Source: Carcharhinus longimanus
Lineage: Eukaryota
Assembly: GCA_030264375.1 (NCBI GenBank)
Contig: JASCQW010000137.1
Span: forward strand, 33,575,657 to 33,639,656
Direction of reading: 5' to 3'
Length of the DNA: 64,000 nt
A model generated the notes under the pieces. The model saw only the letters and a list, made by a program, of their open reading frames with translations. It ran no database searches and was not told the DNA's origin. A program made the position numbers and the translations under genes. Shown here one piece after another: positions 13,070 to 27,480 of this stretch; the first letter of the stretch is position 1; every line of letters starts with the position of its first letter.

Positions 13070-13240
13070 AAATTTAATAAAAAGTCTAACACCAGGTTTA
13101 AGTCCAACCGATTTGTTTGAAAGTAAACTCCCAAGCTTTCGGGGTTTGTCCCTTCGTCAGGTGAATGGAGCGTTCTGCCCTCAGCGCATAAAGCACAGAC
13201 AGTTTACAGATTACTGATTAGAATGCAAATCCACATCAAA
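13070..13240 (-). mobile_element. Penelope-like element terminal fragment
   Basis: caccaggtttaagtccaacc...ccttcgtcaggtg; same motif at 16255 and 19040, reversed at 16970 and 18013. Confidence 0.5.
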
Positions 13241-13269
13241 ACTTCAAATTTACCAAGGGTTGCAGTTTA

Positions 13270-13680
13270 CTTGCTACCTGTATTTTAACTCATTTCAGGT
13301 CCTGTTCACTGATCACTCTGTGTTCACTAACCTATGCTTGCTGCTGGTTAATTTGCCTGTGACCTCCCTACTCCTGTGATCTCCTCCAACCCCCCCTTGA
13401 TATATTGGCAGTCCTCTAATTCTCACCTCCTTTGCATTCTGTTATATTCACCCCACCATTGGCCAAGCCTTCAGTTGTCCAGTCTCCAAGCTCTGGAATT
13501 CCTCCCTACCTTTCCTTCCTTCCCCCACCCCCTTCTCCTCCTCCCTTGGGCACTCAGTTTTACAGATACTTTGGTCATCTGACCTAATATCCCCTCTTGT
13601 GGCTCAGTGTCATACATTGTTTTGTCATGGCCCTGTGTAGAGCTGCTGTACAAGTATGTTGTTGAACTGTTGATGTTACC
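13270..13680 (+). mobile_element. Old L2-like LINE 3' fragment
   Basis: ccaccattggccaagccttcag...aagctctggaattccctccct; similar to 43180-43250. Confidence 0.5.
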
Positions 13681-15621
13681 CATGTTGGGTGTCTTGGGGC
13701 AGGCTCCCAGCCTGGTTTGGAGCATTGTGGGTTGTCTGTCAGGGGAGGAAGACTGAGTGCCCCCCTCCCTCCCTCCCAGAGGATTCCTACACTGCCTATC
13801 ACCTTCTTTAATTAATAATATGCCATGTAACATACCTGAGCCATGAGTATAATTAGTTTCGTAAAATGTTTTGGATGACATCCTAGAGCTTGTGATGCCA
13901 GTTGAGTTCTTTGTAGATTAAGGTCTTGAAATCCCCAGGTAGCTTGAAAGAACACACCCTCCCTGCAGGCAGCAATTGTTTTGCAGCTTCCCTCCTTTCG
14001 TTTTGAGTTTTCATGGTTCTGCCCTTATCTTAGTTTCTCTGCCCAATAATAAATCTGACTTGAGAACCCCCCCTGGCTTAACAAGAAGACCCAAATCTTT
14101 GCTGGGGAAAGATAATTAATCCCAAACCAATTTGACTGCATTCTCCCTGAGGTCCATTTACTGGCAGCAGCAGCCCCACTTTTTAATTTGGTACTGTGTA
14201 CAATTTGCATCGTAATTTCTAGGTCAATCTTGAGGGGTGGTGGTGGGGAGAAAAAATACGCATTTTTATTTGGAACATTATGGTCATCTGGATTGCAGGC
14301 GGTGAATTTTAATGTGTAGCATCTTTGCCATATTTGGAGTTTTGACTTTCAGAAGGATTTTTATTTCAAAAAAATTTGAGGCTAACTTGATGGTTCCAGC
14401 ATAATTTGAAGCAATAGTTTTAGAAGTGTGAAATGTTGAGGGAAAGTTGTAGCCAACTCTCAGTCTCTGGTCTGAAGCAATACATCTGCAAGTTATTTAA
14501 TGTTTTCAAACTGATGTGGTCTAATCCCCATGGTATTTTTGTTCCGTAATCTGATATATATTGTAGAAGCTTTAAAAATGGAAGTGTCTGCTATGCCAGC
14601 TACAATTCCTTGGATTTTAACGTTTCTATCATCATATAAATCAAAGACTTGAACATTGTGTGGAGTTTGTGAGATGACCTGGCGCATAAATTTCCAAATA
14701 GCAAGTGATGGGGAGAAGCTGGGGAAAGATGGAATGAGCAGTAAAGAGAATTTCTTGACAGGTAGACATTTTCAGTGCGGAATCGGAATGTTTTGAATGC
14801 TAAACATCAGTGCAGCTTGTGGATGAAAGTAAAATGTTTTAAATCTCAATGTGATGAAATCTGAAAGGCAGAAAGTTGAATGTTACGCAGCAGTCCTGGC
14901 TGTCTTCTCTAATCAATTTGCACAGAACAGAAAAATGGGATCCAGCATGTTCATGAGCTGAACCTGGTCAGTGACATGCAGCTGAACTTAATTGGAATTA
15001 ATTGACTCCCATGTTTACAAACCAATATACAGATAAGAAAATAAAATTTTCTGTCCTCTGAGTGAATTTTTGCTTTTCAAGGTGACATCATTTATTCCCC
15101 AAGTAAATTTTTAAGAGCAAAAGATATTTTGGGGCACATATGAATGCTAGAGCCTTCCATTTTGTGATTTGCTGTGTCCCACATCCTTATCTGTTCTGTG
15201 GCATGATTAGTGGACTCAAAATACTTACTACAGTTTACTGTGAGCATCTTCCATGATACCGATCATTCAAATGCATTTTTAAGGATCTGGGGCAAGTTGA
15301 CTGTTTGCAACAAATGGCTAATATAAATTGGTTTTCTGTGGAGCAAGATTGTTGTCATTAATCGCCCTTTGTGGGGTGAGCTACCATTCTCCAATACCTC
15401 AACTGTTGACCAATACTGATGTGTAACTTTATTTTAAAACATGAAAGATAACTTGAACAGAGAATGCCAGGAACACTACAGCATGTCATTCAGCCTTATG
15501 TCAAATCGCTTCAAATAAAAATCTTCTGGCCTTGATTCTTGAGTACAATAACTTGTAATGTCAATAGTATAGCATAAGATTTCATTAGTGTGAAGGCAGG
15601 GAAGAAGTTCAGGTATAAAGT

Positions 15622-16217
15622 TTTGTGCTGAGAATGAACATTTGTAAAATCTGCAGTGAAATGATTCTTAATTTAACTGCAGTCATGGCAAACTCCTGAC
15701 TTCCATAAGAGACTGGGTTCTGTGGTTTGTCATGTGGATCACAGTTGGCCCACATATGGATATTAAGAATGAAAAGCAGATTTTTTTCCATTGTCATTAA
15801 CTAAAACATCCCTGTAATTTTGGTTATCAGTAGTTCAGCTTGATGGCATCCATCCAACAGTTGAGATTGTCTCCATCTCATTGACATTGAAGTAATGCAT
15901 TCGCAAATGGTTTAACTATTTGCAAGCAGCAACTTGAGCTGTAAGGGTTCTGAGTGACTTCTGGCTCCGTCACAACAAGCGTTAAAATTCTGCAGAGTAA
16001 CTCACTTCTTGACGCCCTGAAGCCTGGCCACCATCCACAGAGCACAAGTCAGGATCTCGCTCTTAATATCCATATGTGGGCCAACTGTGATCCAAATGAC
16101 AAACAGCAGAACCCAGTCTCTGGAATTCAGGAGTTTGCCATGAACGTGGTTATATCAAGAATCCGTTCACTGCGGAACACCACGGTTGATTATACAGATG
16201 TTCACTCCCAGCACAGA
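15622..16217. repeat. Inverted duplication: about 150-bp arms 15622-15769 and 16061-16217
   Basis: ggatcacagttggcccacatatggatattaaga vs tcttaatatccatatgtgggccaactgtgatcc; ORF track shows LNIHMWANCDP on both strands. Confidence 0.93.
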
Positions 16218-16239
16218 ACGCTCCACGCCTAGAAAGACA

Positions 16240-17060
16240 AAGTAAGAAGTCTCTCAACACTAGGTTAAAGTCCAACCAGTTTATTTGATAGTAAACCCAC
16301 AAGCTTTTGGGAAACACTGTTCCTTCGTCAGGTGTGTGGAAAGTTCTGATCAGAGAAGGGCATATAAAGGCGCACACAATTTTACAGAATACTGATTTAG
16401 CATGCAAGTCTTTACAGCTAACCTGCTGTTCAAGTCTTAACGATGGAGACAATGAGTGGAGATAGCATTAAGCATAGTTTAAAGAGATGTGTATTGTCAC
16501 CAGACAGGACAGTAATTGAGATGTTGCAAGTGCAAGCGTGTCGTAGGGGGTTATAGAGTGTGACATGAACCCAAGATCCCAGTTGAGGTCATCCTCGTGT
16601 GCGGAACTTGGCTGTCAGTCTCTGCTCAGCGACTGCACTGTCGTATGTCATACATATAGTATGACATGAACCCAAGTTTCTGCTCAGCAGAGACTGATAG
16701 CCAAGTGCTGCCTCAACCAGGATCTTGGGTTCATGTCACACTATCTGTAACCCCCTGACTTGCCTGAACTTGCAACATCTCACTTACTGTCCTGTCTGGA
16801 GACAATACACATCTAGCCTAATGCTATCTCCACTCTCATTGTCTGCATCTTNNNNNNNNNNNNNNNNNNNNNNNNNNNNNNNNNNNNNNNNNNNNNNNNN
16901 NNNNNNNNNNNNNNNNNNNNNNNNNNNNNNNNNNNNNNNNNNNNNNNNNNNNNNNNNNNNNNNNNNNNGTTTACTATCAAATAAACTGGTTGGACTTTAA
17001 CCTGGTGTTGTGAGACTTCTTACTGTGTTTACCCTAGTCCAACGCTGGCATCTCCATCAT
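16240..17060. mobile_element. Fold-back (head-to-head) Penelope-like element
   Basis: aggttaaagtccaaccagtttatttgatagtaaac near 16262 is the reverse complement of gtttactatcaaataaactggttggactttaacct near 16969; symmetry continues to a centre near 16670. Confidence 0.7.
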
Positions 17061-18012
17061 AGACAAGGACAGCAAGCACATGGAAAGCAATCAGCGGCCA
17101 ATTCCACTTCAAGTCACTCACCATCTTGGCTTGGAAATACATTGACCCAGCGACAGTGATGAACAACAAAATTTAGCTCAACAGCACCTGCACCACACGC
17201 AGTTCTCTTACCAATCCCATTCTTGACCGTTGAGAGCCTTGTCAGTTGGAATTTCAGCACTACTTTGGTCTTGATAGCAAAGCAAAATGCATAGGCCCAT
17301 AACTTCTGAGTTGTGGAACATGGTAACTGGGGTGGGGCTACCCAAAGTTGGAACCGCAGGCCAGGATTGCAGAGTAGTGACCTGGGAAGTGCAAACATTC
17401 ACTGGGCAATTGCCCTGCAATGGAAACCACCCAAAAATATTAGATTAAATTGCAAACTTCAGATGGTTGTGACTATCGTGCAGTAATGGTTACCCAGAAA
17501 AATTGTGAATTAAAACCACTTCTAACTTCTAGGTAACTATAATACTGATCAGACCCCCTTCATGGGACTTGACTCCCATGTGACCTATTGACCCTCATCC
17601 ACCTCCCAGTTGTACCAACTTATCATACAAACTTGGCTTCACACTGGCTTTTTATGGTAGCTGGTGCTGTTAAAAAGGAAAAGGAGCATGGTTTCCTTGC
17701 TGCCTGACTCTCCAGCCTTCAATGCATAGCCTCTGGTACCTTGTACATTGCAGAATCAGGCTGGCTGGGAATTGTGAAGGTCAGACAAGAAATGAGTGGC
17801 TGAATATCAATGAATGCCAGTCTGACTCTAGTTGCCACTCCATGGAGGTTACAGGCCATATTCATTTACAGGTCCTCAGTCTGTTCCTCCATGGGAAAAC
17901 CAAATGCAGTAANNNNNNNNNNNNNNNNNNNNNNNNNNNNNNNNNNNNNNNNNNNNNNNNNNNNNNNNNNNNNNNNNNNNNNNNNNNNNNNNNNNNNNNN
18001 NNNNNNNNNNNN

Positions 18013-18272
18013 CTAACCCCGAAAGCTTGTGAGTCTATTATCAAATAAATCGGTTGGACTAAAACCTGGTGTTATCAGACTTTTTACTGTGTTCCTTCCA
18101 CAGTCCAAAGATGAGCAGGTTAGGTTGATTGGCCAAGCTAAATTAACCCTAGTGTCAGGGGGATTAGCAAAGTAAATATGTGGCATAATGGGAATAGGGC
18201 CTGGGTGGGATTGTGGGTGGTGCAGACTTGATGGACCAAATGGCTTCCACCTGTACTGTAAGGATTCTATGA
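18013..18272 (+). mobile_element. Penelope-like end joined to an HE1-like SINE
   Basis: gaaagcttgt...gttggactaaaacctggtgtt followed by cacagtccaaagatgagcaggttaggttgattggcc. Confidence 0.65.
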
Positions 18273-18667
18273 TCCAAGCATCACCATGGTGAATTGATGT
18301 TGACTAATATTTTCTGCTTCTCCATTAAGGATCTCTGAGCTCCTTCTGACCTTTGGGTTCACTAAACTGTTCTGTTCCCTTCCTGCAACACCACAGCATC
18401 CTGACCCTCCCTGTGTTCCCTTCTTCCACTCACCTTTCTTCTCCTCCTCCTTCCTAATCATTCTCTCCTCCTCACTATAGTTTGTATCTTCAACTGGGAA
18501 CATAATTCCCATTTGTCTCAGAGACTTTACACCCCCATGAAATGGCCAAGAAAAAAATATCATTCTGAAGGGCCCTAAAAATCAGAGGTGATCTCTCCAA
18601 CTCAATCTCTAAATCTATTCTATTCACTCTTCAATCACTTCCTGCAGCCACTGATGTGTTAACTGGG

Positions 18668-19022
18668 AAGGAGGTGGTGTAGTTTAATTAATTGTTTGGG
18701 TCGTGCTCTGAGGACCCAGGATCAAATCCCACCAAGACAGATGGTGGAACTCAAATTCAATAAAAATCTGGAATTAAAAGTCTATTGTCGACCATGAAAC
18801 CATTGTTGATTGTCGTACAAACCCATTTGGTTTACTAATGCCCTTCAGGGAAGGAAATTTGCCATTCTTACCTGGTCTGATCTGGACGTGATACCAGATC
18901 CATGGCAATGTGGCTGACTCTTAGCTGCTGTCTGAAATGGCCACTCAGTTCAAGGGCAGTTAAGGATGGGCAACACATGCCAGCCTTACCAATGATGCCC
19001 ACATCCCATGAAAGAATAAACA
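18668..19022 (+). mobile_element. Second tRNA-derived SINE family, near full length
   Basis: A-box-like ggtggtgtagt, B-box-like ggatcaaatccc, tail ggatgggcaac...cccacatcccatgaaagaataaa. Confidence 0.75.
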
Positions 19023-22000
19023 AAAAAAATGTACACAAAAGCAGGTTAAAGTCCAACAGGTTCATTTGGTAGTACGAGCTTTTAGAGTGCTGCCCCTTCA
19101 TCAGGTGAGAGCACTGTCACATTGAACTTCTTCAGAACAGGTTCCTTCCATGCAGCCTCTAGAGACCTTGGTGGCATCACACAGTCTGCTGCACACCACT
19201 CCATAATGGCCTTCACAGATGCAACATACCTGAGAGCTGGGAATTACATATCCCTCACACTGGATGTCCAGAATCACACTGATGAAGCCCAAGGATTTGA
19301 GTTGAAGGTCTATAACCCATCCTTGCTGTTAATTGGCAGCAAATAAGAGAGTAAACAAATATCTGGGTGATATAGTGAAACAATTAGAAATGAAAGTTGC
19401 CCTTTTGAAATGTTAACTTCTAGAAAGATTATGGCAGACATCATGGACAAAGGAAACCCACGTTCTTACCACAACATAGTGGAGTGAACACTCCCCATGG
19501 AAGAAATAGGACAGGCCTATGGTATGTGAAAAAGCAATTAGCTTGTCGAAAAGGAAAGTTTCAACTTCAGAGGTCACTATACACTTAGACCTTTTTATGT
19601 TAAAATCACTTTGCGCTGCATTTGTCATAAATTTAAAATGATGCACTGAAATGCAGGGTAGAGGGCTGTGGGGAGCAGTCAAAGTAGAGTTGAGTCCAGG
19701 ATAAAGTCTGCCATGGTCATGTTAAACGGTAGATGGACTCCAAGGGCTGAATTGCCTACTCTTGCTCCTAGTTCTGATGAAATGGTCCTTAATCATATTT
19801 TTCAGCCCAATAATGAGGTGGGAAGGTTGCACAGAGCACCTGGTTTATGGTAGGCTATTAGAGATTGACTGACTTTCAGAGCTTGAGAAAAGCTAAGACA
19901 CTTGAGTTTGAATATTTGAGATTTGTTGGTGTTCATTGCCCCAGTGTACTTGCAAAATGGGTATTGCCCAGGTGTGGGACTCCCATGAATAAAGCACTTG
20001 GTTTGTTTAGTCTGATACATTGGTACATACACCACAATTCATGCATGATATAGAACAGGAAGCTAGTATTAAATTGAACATTCTTGTATGTAATCATATC
20101 CAGGCATTATATGGCCTAGATCTGACTGCTATTCAGAAGGTACCCTTCACGGAAGTATGAGTTCAGAGGTTAAATTGGAACTAAAAAATGCCATCTTAAT
20201 GTATTAAGTTTTATTTGAGTTTTTTGAAGCTGTGCCTTGCGTGGCTAATGTACATAGCTGGGGTTTGCATTAGATCATCACTTGGTACTTTTGAGACTGA
20301 CCATGGAGCCTGTTTGCAAAAACAATGATGCTCGGAAGAAGATTGAAGGGTTGTTATTTATCTTCTGTCTATGGAATGGAACAAAATGTTTCCAACATTT
20401 GTGACACATTACAGTTCAGACAACTTGAAGAAATGTTTTTCCAGTGAGTGAATTTCATTCTTTGTGGACTTATTATTCAATACTTATGAGCAATTAAAAT
20501 AATGTGTGCTCAATCACAACTAACTGGAAATGGCTTTCTGAAATGTTAGAGAATTTTGTGCCAAGTTGGAGTCCAATTTGGTCTTTACACTCCTTCACTC
20601 TTTGCATAGATTTTTGTTCTCTTTCCCTTGCTCCCTCTCTCCATTATCCAGTTTCCCTAGTCCTCCCCTTTTTTCCTTTTTTATACTAAGTTTTCTGGTA
20701 TGTTCAGTAAACGGCACTGCTTTAGCCAGAAGCCCTCTGGGAGCTTGACCAGAATTACTTTTGATTTATGTTGTTTCAAATAAAAACAATCCATTTTACA
20801 GTGCAGAAATATGATTGCAATCCTCCAAAGATTTTATGGGGGTAACGGATGGGTTCAAACGCTGCACTGACATAGTATTGGCAGTATTTTGTGGAAGGTT
20901 TTTGCAATGCTTGTGGTTCTCATAGGGAATGTAGACTTGTAGAAGGCCACATTTAAGCATTTTTTTAAAATAAATAAATCACAGGGCCAAGTCAATAGTG
21001 AGTTTTGGCAGCCCTGTGATTTTGATAAGAATAATCTGCTTGTCATAATTTCACTCCAGTTTATAGAATACCTACAGTTCAGAAAGACAGTGTGATCCAC
21101 AGTATTGCATTTAGCTCAATATCTCCTCCAGATTTGTGAACCAGCTTCAAATATTAAACAGTTCAGGCTGATTTATCATTTATTTCTCTCTGGATCTTTT
21201 CCTTTCCACTGTTGCAAACTATTGCTCAGTATCTAGATCTGCCTAGATATCGTCTCTTTGCCAATATTGACTTTCAATTGTAGACATAAGTCACCATGTC
21301 AGCTTCTGATAATTGAACACAACAGTGAAATGTATAATTGTAGGCAGGACTTGTTCCTCTTTAGCGACTCTACCTGGGAATCTGTGAAGTTTATTGAGCT
21401 GCTTGGAGGCCATTTAGTTTTGGAATATTTGGAAATGTTAAACTTTGTGTTCAAGTATCATGCGATTATTAAATCAGAATGTAATACAGGGTGTGTATAC
21501 TTAAGCTTGACTTTTGTGACGCTGACTGATGTTGAACAAGTCAGCTCACAGATTGAAATCCATCTCGCCTTGATTTACAATCTTTTTTGTTGAAATAAGG
21601 AGGAGAAGCTGCTGACAACACAAACACAGGACTCCAATGATGACTTTTAAAACTTGCAGAATTAAAATCTTTATAAGAGAAAGGAAAAAAAGATAAAACT
21701 TAAATTCGCCACAAAGGATGCTCTGTTAGATAAATGTTACAAAATAATCACCAAAGTACTTAATGGTATGTAAAGCTATATTTTTGGTGACAGGTCTTGC
21801 AGATCCTAAACCATAAAGTCCAGGAAATATTACCCAAACCAAGAAATTGATTTAATTTTAAATAGAAATACAATTAACAACTTCCCAGAGCAACTCCATG
21901 CTGGTGTGATTTTTTTTTTATATAAGGAGATTCCAAATGAGCTGTTTTCCAGACCCCAAAAAACTGGCCAGAATGGAAATCTTTTTTCCAATTACGTTTT

Positions 22001-22587
22001 CACAGCACCTTTCAAACACACAGGAGATGGCTTTCAGCAGGATTCTGTCTCTTGCGCACACGTGGCTACTCATTACAGCTGAAGCCCTGTTTCATAGATA
22101 CTTCTCCAACCCTTTTGTCTTGTCTCTCCTTCCATTTGTCTTAAATTATCTCCAGTATTAAATCTTGTTCCTGTTTTGGGTGAATAAATTTTGTCTGCCT
22201 ACACTTACTCAATCTCCTGTAAAACATGAATGTTATTTTTGAGATTCCTTTTGAAATGCAACATCAATTTCAACACTTATCCCCAAATGCAAATTTTAAA
22301 CCTCTGTTTACTTACACATTAAGGCCTCATTACAAAATGCAAAAAGATAACACCTTTAATCTTTATCCTTTGAATTTCACAGACAACCTTACTCTAACGA
22401 CCTCTCCCTCCAGTTATTCCTGGATGCCTGCAGATGCAGATTTCACCCTTACCTGTACAGAATAGATACATAAACCATGCTCCTTTTCCTCTTTAAACAG
22501 CACCAGCTACCATAAAAATATACGCATGTCATTGCATTTAGTACCTAGTTTTACTTTTGTAAATATAATGTCTGAGCTCATGCTTAA

Positions 22588-24265
<1,678 letters not shown>

Positions 24266-24364
24266 ATCTCCTGGAAAAATCCCGCGCAATCCGTCAGGCC
24301 AAGGAAGAGAGAACATTCCACATTTTCTATCAGATGCTTTGTGGAGCAGGAGAACATCTTAAAT
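24266..24364 (+). CDS. MYH10: Exon: [33 protein letters not shown]
   Basis: aaaag|AT CTC...AAA T|gtaaat; 99 nt. Confidence 0.95.
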
Positions 24365-25456
24365 GTAAATCAGTTCTGGAATGAATAAAGTTGAAGGGAA
24401 TGTTACTGTGCTCACCTTGCAAAACTAGTCAAACGAGTTTAGGTTGGATACCACAGTGTGGTGAATACCATCGTCTTTCCTCCTCCAGGAGTGTTAGACT
24501 GGAAATTCTAAGTTCAGACATGGTTCAAGAAAAGTATAAAGCAGCACTTCTTTCCAAATTTCATTGGAAATGAGACATCTGGGATTGATTTTTGACTTCA
24601 GTTAAGGCTCAAGTCTCTGAAGTGGTTGCAAAATACACAAGTTGGAATTTTTTCAATTTATGTTAAAATTGAAGCTGATGTTATCCGTTGTTGACTTGCA
24701 CATAATTTGCTCAAATAATGTGGAAAACATCAACGCTGCTTAATTTTTAGATTGCATATATTTTGGCATTCAGACAAGAACTGAAATGATTTATTTTTGA
24801 CCTATTGTCTAAATGTCCAACTGAGTTTGTAGTTTTGGCAAGGATTTTTTTCTTCATATTTCTTTAATCATTTCCTATCGGAATTCATGGATGGGGTAGA
24901 ATTATACTTTGCATGATGCACAATTTTAGTATACCATTTTGACCCCTAATTGGCCAATGCTTTTACCCAATAACCAATGTTCCACCAGACCATACAGGCC
25001 AGAGGAGTTACAATCCCGCCAATTAATCTCAGCAATTTAGAACTGGAAGAGAAGGAACGGTAACCAAGGTTCCTTCTCAATCACAATCTAGTGATTTTTT
25101 TTGGAATGTGTTTGTTGGCTAAGAACAGGAATTGATTGAATTATGACAGCTTCTATGGTCAAATAAGTTGTTAATGCTCACTTGGATAGAGAACCACTTG
25201 GCTGAGGTATTGTAAACTTTGATTGTGTTTGTGCAACCAGTCAGCAAGGATGACCCGGCAGGAATCTGCTTGGTTATATTATGTCTCCCATGGAGACCAT
25301 GAATTGGATTCAATTTGAATTGGTTTTTGGAGCAAAGAAGGAGCTGGATGAATGGACTCTTTATCCATCCTGTGCAATGGTTTTGTAACCCTGAGAAACT
25401 TTTTTTTAAATTCCAGACTGGTGGTTGAAAAGTAAGGGTTGAGGGAGAGGCTAAAA

Positions 25457-25710
25457 TTTATTTTTAGTGTCACAAGTAGGCTTACATTAACATGGCAATG
25501 AAGTTAGTGTGAAAATCCCTAAGTGGTGCCACACTGGTGCATGTTTGGGTACATTTGAGGGAGAAATTAGCATGGCAGTGCATCTAACCTGCATGCCTTT
25601 TGGACTGTGGGAGGAAACCCATGCAGACTTCAGACAGACAGTGACCCAAGCCAGGAATTGAACCTGGGTCCCTGGCACTGAGGCTGCAGTGCTAACCACT
25701 GTGCCACAGT
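25457..25710 (-). mobile_element. HE1-head SINE with an alternative 3' tail
   Basis: Reverse tRNA head (gaattgaacctgggtccctggc...gtgctaaccactgtgcc), HE1 core, tail ...aagcctacttgtgacactaa. Confidence 0.75.
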
Positions 25711-25856
25711 GGCAAGCTTTTTGGGGTGGGGGAATGGAAAATGTAATTGAGATTTCCCTTCATTATCAAACTTCAATCCATTTTGCACAGTTCATTCTGT
25801 TTTGATGTTTCTAATCCTCCCTTGGTTTGCCAATGGATTTCACCTGTTTAGAATAA

Positions 25857-26147
<291 letters not shown>

Positions 26148-26689
26148 TAACCAACCCGTAGGGTTTTATTCTCAAAGGTGAGAGAAGTTAAACCTTTGAG
26201 TTACTAACTGGACTTGATCAGAAAACGCAACAGTGCAAGTGGGAAGGTTAAAATAAAACGGGTGGACAGTTCACAAATATGGAAAGCTTCCATAAAGAAA
26301 ACTTGTTAATTTTTGAACCCATTTTAGAGAAATGATAGGGCTCTGATGTGGCAGTGGTAATGATGGTCAAAATATCAACATTCGCTACTACAGAAATACG
26401 CATGCACAAAGTGTGTAAATCCAGAATTTGCTGTCAGTGATACATTTCTTCTAGAAAGGATGCACCGTTTAGGCTTCCCCCAGAATGCAACAACCAGAAG
26501 CCACCAAACTGATGGCTTCCATTTTTGCACAAATTGTCTGTGTAAAAACCCTTAAAGGTGAATCTTGCTGAGCAAGGTATTTTAAGGGTGTACTAAGTTG
26601 GTAGTTTAATGCTGAGAAACATCTGGCTCTCGAGTACTTTCTTTTAAAAAAAAATTTAGTGAAGATTTTTAAATTACGTACAAATAACA

Positions 26690-27480
26690 AACTCAAGTGG
26701 TAAAGTACTACAAGATCACTTTTAACAAAATACATGTAGGAAGGGAAAAAGGAAAAAACCAACATCGTTTGTTTGGTTCAGACTGTTCATTATATCCAGT
26801 ACCTCCCACCACGGGGGGGCGGGGATCCAGATACAGCCACAAATGGCTCAGCAGTGCACAACCAAGCTCACAGGATAACAGCAACAGAATTAGTGGAAAA
26901 TTCTGAAGAAGCTAGACAATGCGGAGCCCAGAACTTTTAAGATAAGAGTCCCATACTTCATGAAATATACCCAATTTAGCTCAAAGTAAACAAATCAAGA
27001 ATTCCCATTGGTGTACATTCCAGAATGATTTTAAACCAGTTCCAAATAGGAGGTTCCTTATCATTCATCTACTAGCAAATGCCATTCTGTGTTACAAATG
27101 TTAGGGTATTGTTTGGCCTTTCACATTCACACTACAGTTTTTGTCTGGGACAGCCAGTCCCAGATGCAAGGGATCGAATTCGAAGGCCATACAAAAGATT
27201 TTCTCAAGCTCCTCAAGAACATTGCACCAATAGGTTTCAGTCTTGATACTGAGCCAAGAGCAATGCAGATAATGTCCTGAATTCACCTTGCATTTCTGAC
27301 ACAGTGAGGGCATGGTGCATTAGCTTGGAGTGATATGTAGATGTTTCAATATCTGAAGCTGGGTTTGCTTTATTCTATTATGTACCAAAATTTTATTAGC
27401 ACATTCCCAAATATCACCATGTCTCTTCATTAATATTTATTGCAAGATCCCTCTCCCAAGACCGCAACATATCCAATGTA
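26690..27480 (-). mobile_element. L1/Tx1-clade LINE 3' remnant (ORF2 C-terminal Cys/His region)
   Basis: ORF 27101-27313: CQKCKVNSGHYLHCSW...YWCNVLEELEKIF...FDP, like the fish L1 ORF2 C-terminal CxxC..H..W motif. Confidence 0.65.
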
